Positions 6,336-8,013 of a stretch of DNA of 8,013 nt are shown here, piece after piece (the stretch's first letter is position 1; the number at the start of each line of letters is the position of its first letter). Source of the DNA: Nitrososphaerota archaeon (GTDB lineage Archaea > Thermoproteota > Nitrososphaeria > Nitrososphaerales > UBA57); NCBI GenBank assembly GCA_013378385.1, contig JACAFS010000044.1, forward strand, positions 1-8,013, written 5' to 3'. The notes beneath the pieces are model-generated. The model was not told where the DNA came from. It saw only the letters and a list, made by a program, of their open reading frames with translations, and did not search any database. Both the position numbers and the translations under genes were made by a program.

Positions 6336-7073
6336 GTGAATCAAGAGATTTTCTCTGATCAAATTGATCTTCTTGTACTTGATTTAGATGGAACAGTATT
6401 TGGAACATCTAGGCTCTTATTAGAAGAAATTGAAAAAATTCGTAATCTTGTAGATAGTGGGGTTCGTGTAATTATTTCTAGTGGACGAACATTACATTAT
6501 GTTCTTGGAATTGCCCGATGCTTGGGAATTGATGATGTTGTTATCTGCGAAGAAGGAACTGTTACTTATGATTGCCGTACTCATGAATTAACTCTATTGG
6601 GAGAACAAACGGATTTGATATTACTTAAAAATAATCTGTCTTCTTGGTTACCTTTCTGTATCATTCCAAAAGAAGCACATCATGACAAAAATGTAATTAT
6701 TGCTCTTGATCGAGAACCTAGAATCAATGTCGACGATTTTCTTAATGAGGTCTCTGACGTTTTGTCTAAAAAAAATCTTGATTTGAACATTACTCGTTCA
6801 GACGAAATGATTAATCTTATGCCTCCGAATATCAGTAAAGGATTTGCCTTGGAAAAAATATTAAAATCTGAAAAAATTAACCCAAATTCAGTTGTTGCTA
6901 TTGGTGATTCTCTAAATGATTTATCCGTATTTGACGTTGTTCGATATCCTATTGCCGTGTCTAATTCCCATGATCTGGTCAAAGAGAAATCAGTTTACAC
7001 ATCAGATAAAACAAATGGCGATTGCGTTTGCGAAGTTATCGACTCTATTATTTCAAATAATATGAAATATTGA
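6336..7073 (+). CDS. HAD-superfamily hydrolase, subfamily IIB (Cof / phosphoglycolate-phosphatase type)
   Basis: 245 aa with canonical HAD motifs: I LVLDLDGTVF, II ISSGRT, III NISKG, and IV AIGDSLNDLSVF followed by IAVSNS. A cap insertion sits between motifs II and III, as in IIB enzymes. The start is GTG, with no ATG before motif I. The substrate cannot be assigned from sequence alone. Confidence 0.82.
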   Translation: MNQEIFSDQIDLLVLDLDGTVFGTSRLLLEEIEKIRNLVDSGVRVIISSGRTLHYVLGIARCLGIDDVVICEEGTVTYDCRTHELTLLGEQTDLILLKNNLSSWLPFCIIPKEAHHDKNVIIALDREPRINVDDFLNEVSDVLSKKNLDLNITRSDEMINLMPPNISKGFALEKILKSEKINPNSVVAIGDSLNDLSVFDVVRYPIAVSNSHDLVKEKSVYTSDKTNGDCVCEVIDSIISNNMKY

Positions 7074-7106
7074 TTAACATACTAAAAATTACTTTTATTT
7101 CATTGA

Positions 7107-7427
7107 ATGCCTAAATTGATTATGGATGTTGAGTCATGGAACTCAGATTGGGGAAAATTAAGCGAATCTAATATGAGAAAAAGATTAGAGGATGAAGGAT
7201 TCAGCGTAATTACATATACCTATAGTCCTGGCACATATTTCTCCGAACATTCACATACTGTTGATAAAAAAGACACTGTACTTTCTGGTAAATTCAAGAT
7301 GACTGCTCTTGGGAAAAAATTTCTTTTAGGTCCTGGTGATATGTTACTTGTTCCTGCTGGAACTGCACATACTGCTGAAGTTATTGGCGATGACCCTGTA
7401 ATCAGTTTAGATGCAACAAAATACTAA
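7107..7427 (+). CDS. Small single-domain cupin protein (cupin_2-like), function unknown
   Basis: 106 aa with an ATG start. The two cupin motifs are recognisable: SEHSHTVDKKDTVLSG (the HxH...acid...G pattern) and GPGDMLLVPAGTAHTAEV (the G..P.G..H pattern). Confidence 0.78.
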   Translation: MPKLIMDVESWNSDWGKLSESNMRKRLEDEGFSVITYTYSPGTYFSEHSHTVDKKDTVLSGKFKMTALGKKFLLGPGDMLLVPAGTAHTAEVIGDDPVISLDATKY

Positions 7428-7431
7428 AAAA

Positions 7432-7728
7432 TTAGATCTTTTTTATTCCAACTATGAAACCTATGATGAAAGGAACTGCTATTTCTAATTGTATTATGAT
7501 TGTTTCCCATAACGACGAAGCAACACCTACAGCCTGCCCAAAAATATACTCTGATATGTAATTCAAAATAGGTATTGTATCTGCATATCCTGTCGCAGGC
7601 ACGACAAAAAATATCAGACCTACGAGTACTACAAGAATTTTTGCAACACGTTTGAAAAGATAGGCTGATGCTATACCTCCCATTAATGAATAACCCATAA
7701 TTGTAATAATCGATGATATCTCCGACAT
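7432..7728 (-). CDS. Small integral membrane protein, tentatively FUN14-like
   Basis: 98 aa with an ATG start. There are three hydrophobic segments (IITIMGYSLMGGIASAYLF, ILVVLVGLIFFVVPATGY, IAVPFIIGFIVGI). The G-rich TM1, then KRVAKI, then TM2 arrangement resembles FUN14-family proteins from memory. A TATA-like AAAAATTTAT on the minus strand lies about 30 nt upstream. Confidence 0.7.
   Translation of the reverse strand: MSEISSIITIMGYSLMGGIASAYLFKRVAKILVVLVGLIFFVVPATGYADTIPILNYISEYIFGQAVGVASSLWETIIIQLEIAVPFIIGFIVGIKKI
7439..7444 (+). terminator. Oligo-T tract (T6) 12 nt downstream of the cupin stop
   Basis: agatcTTTTTTattcc, located inside the 3' end of the convergent minus-strand gene. A mirror T6 on the minus strand (plus-strand A-run 7426-7431) directly follows the stop of the minus-strand gene. 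Confidence 0.3.
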
Positions 7729-7774
7729 TGTTTTTATTATGTTGTTGATGGTGATAAATTTTTAATGTATTTGA

Positions 7775-7868
7775 CGCCGTGAGCGGGATTTGAACCCGCG
7801 ATTCCTTGCGGAGACAGGATATTTGCAGAATAGCAATCCTGCGCCTTACCAGGCTAGGCAACCACGGC
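7775..7868 (-). tRNA. tRNA-Ser(GCU), class II with a long variable arm, carrying a 10-nt intron at the canonical 37/38 position
   Basis: Read on the minus strand. Acceptor gccgtgg/tcacggc. D-arm gcct-agcctggta-aggc. Anticodon stem cagga/tcctg encloses 17 nt, ttgctattctgcaaata (anticodon gct = plus 7832-7834). The 15-nt variable arm is tctccgcaaggaatc. T-arm gcggg-ttcaaat-cccgc. Discriminator G, with no encoded CCA. The gene is 94 nt, or 84 nt after intron removal. Confidence 0.88.
7821..7830 (-). other. Predicted 10-nt intron of tRNA-Ser (canonical 37/38 site)
   Basis: On the minus strand, the central helix ttgc (positions 32-35) pairs with gcaa. The 5' bulge/loop begins tat and the 3' bulge is ata. 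Cuts after the second bulge nucleotide release ttctgcaaat and leave the anticodon loop ttgctaa. This is a bulge-helix-loop form, with essentially no inner helix. Confidence 0.65.
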
Positions 7869-7890
7869 ATAAGAAATGTCGGCATTGCCA

Positions 7891-7897
7891 TTATTAA
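7891..7897 (-). promoter_or_regulatory. TATA-like box for tRNA-Ser
   Basis: TTAATAA on the minus strand lies 23 to 29 nt upstream of the tRNA 5' end at 7868. This is a positional argument only. Confidence 0.3.
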
Positions 7898-7902
7898 CGT
7901 TT

Positions 7903-7921
7903 AAAAAAAAATTGAAAAAAA
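7903..7921 (-). terminator. Two oligo-T tracts (T7 and T9 on the minus strand) downstream of the partial minus-strand ORF
   Basis: The plus strand reads A9 (7903-7911), ttg, A7 (7915-7921), which gives T7...T9 in the sense of the upstream gene. The tracts begin 13 nt after its stop codon. Oligo-T is the archaeal termination signal. Confidence 0.45.
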
Positions 7922-7933
7922 TATATAAACTAA

Positions 7934-8013
7934 TTAGAATTTTCCTGTTCTGAAAACTCTTATTCCTGCTATTCCTATCCAAAGACCAAGAATTACTGCT
8001 TCTATAAATTCAG
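7934..8013 (-). CDS. 3' end of an unidentified ORF continuing beyond the window (hydrophobic C-terminus)
   Basis: This is the only open minus-strand frame at the window edge: ...EFIEAVILGLWIGIAGIRVFRTGKF, with stop TAA at 7936-7934. Only 25 codons are visible, so neither function nor reality can be judged. It is followed by strong oligo-T tracts. Confidence 0.3.
   Translation of the reverse strand, partial: EFIEAVILGLWIGIAGIRVFRTGKF

Noticed and set aside
6680-6982. A 100-aa minus-strand ORF antisense to the HAD-IIB gene
   Set aside because: It is entirely embedded in a CDS with complete HAD motifs. It has no motif content and no promoter or terminator context, so it is a shadow ORF.
6028-7092. 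Recurrent TACTAA(A/T)-type motif near the tRNA-Gly promoter (6028-6036), after tRNA-Gly (6151-6161) and upstream of the cupin gene (7082-7091)
   Set aside because: By rough base-composition reasoning, the shared 6-mer core is expected several times per strand in 8 kb of this composition. Its positions relative to the genes are inconsistent.
7463-7554. Possible C/D-box sRNA: ATGATGA at 7463-7469 and CTGA at 7551-7554 on the plus strand
   Set aside because: The boxes are 92 nt apart, well beyond the usual 50-70 nt of archaeal C/D sRNAs. There are no convincing internal C'/D' boxes or terminal stem, and the region lies inside a coding sequence. This is a chance match.
7881-7889. Mini-palindrome GGCA-T-TGCC between tRNA-Ser and its putative TATA box
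   Set aside because: The arms are only 4 bp with a 1-nt centre. That cannot form a stable hairpin and is too short to argue for a binding site.
7424-7891. A 155-aa minus-strand ORF in the track
   Set aside because: It runs straight through the tRNA-Ser gene (7775-7868) and overlaps, out of frame, the better-supported 98-aa membrane-protein ORF. Its translation is Cys/Arg-rich nonsense.
1-8013. Search for a novel defence, mobile or accessory system (CRISPR repeats, integrase or transposase, terminal inverted repeats, toxin-antitoxin pairs, composition shift)
   Set aside because: Every sizeable ORF has a confident housekeeping or common-family assignment. There are no repeat arrays and no recombinase. 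No tRNA-flanked island signature is visible, since the tRNA genes are intact and not followed by duplicated 3' halves. Composition is uniformly AT-rich apart from the GC-rich tRNAs. The window looks like ordinary core genome.

Overview
This is an AT-rich archaeal core-genome segment; I see no mobile element, CRISPR array, defence locus or clearly undescribed system. The eS19, RNase P Rpp21/Rnp4 and Nep1 genes mark it as archaeal. Low GC, many non-AUG starts and tRNA introns at non-canonical positions suggest a Thaumarchaeota/Nitrosopumilales-like organism, but that is inference, not a database match. Gene order: carA (5'-partial) and carB, translationally coupled (+); SerB-like HAD phosphatase (-); rps19e and rnp4 operon (-); divergent nep1 (+); tRNA-Gly(UCC) and tRNA-Phe(GAA) (+); HAD-IIB hydrolase (+); small cupin (+); small FUN14-like membrane protein (-); tRNA-Ser(GCU) (-); and the 3' end of one more minus-strand ORF at the window edge. 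The most notable signal is that all three tRNA genes carry very short introns of 19, 14 and 10 nt. Two of these sit in the D-arm rather than at 37/38, and each has a hand-foldable bulge-helix-bulge-like splice motif. Secondary observations are a perfect 9+1+9 palindrome over the SerB-like promoter, a D-to-E change at the general acid/base position of that enzyme's HAD motif I, a ribosome/tRNA-maturation gene cluster, and very tight gene packing. Six antisense or overlapping ORFs in the supplied track are judged spurious.
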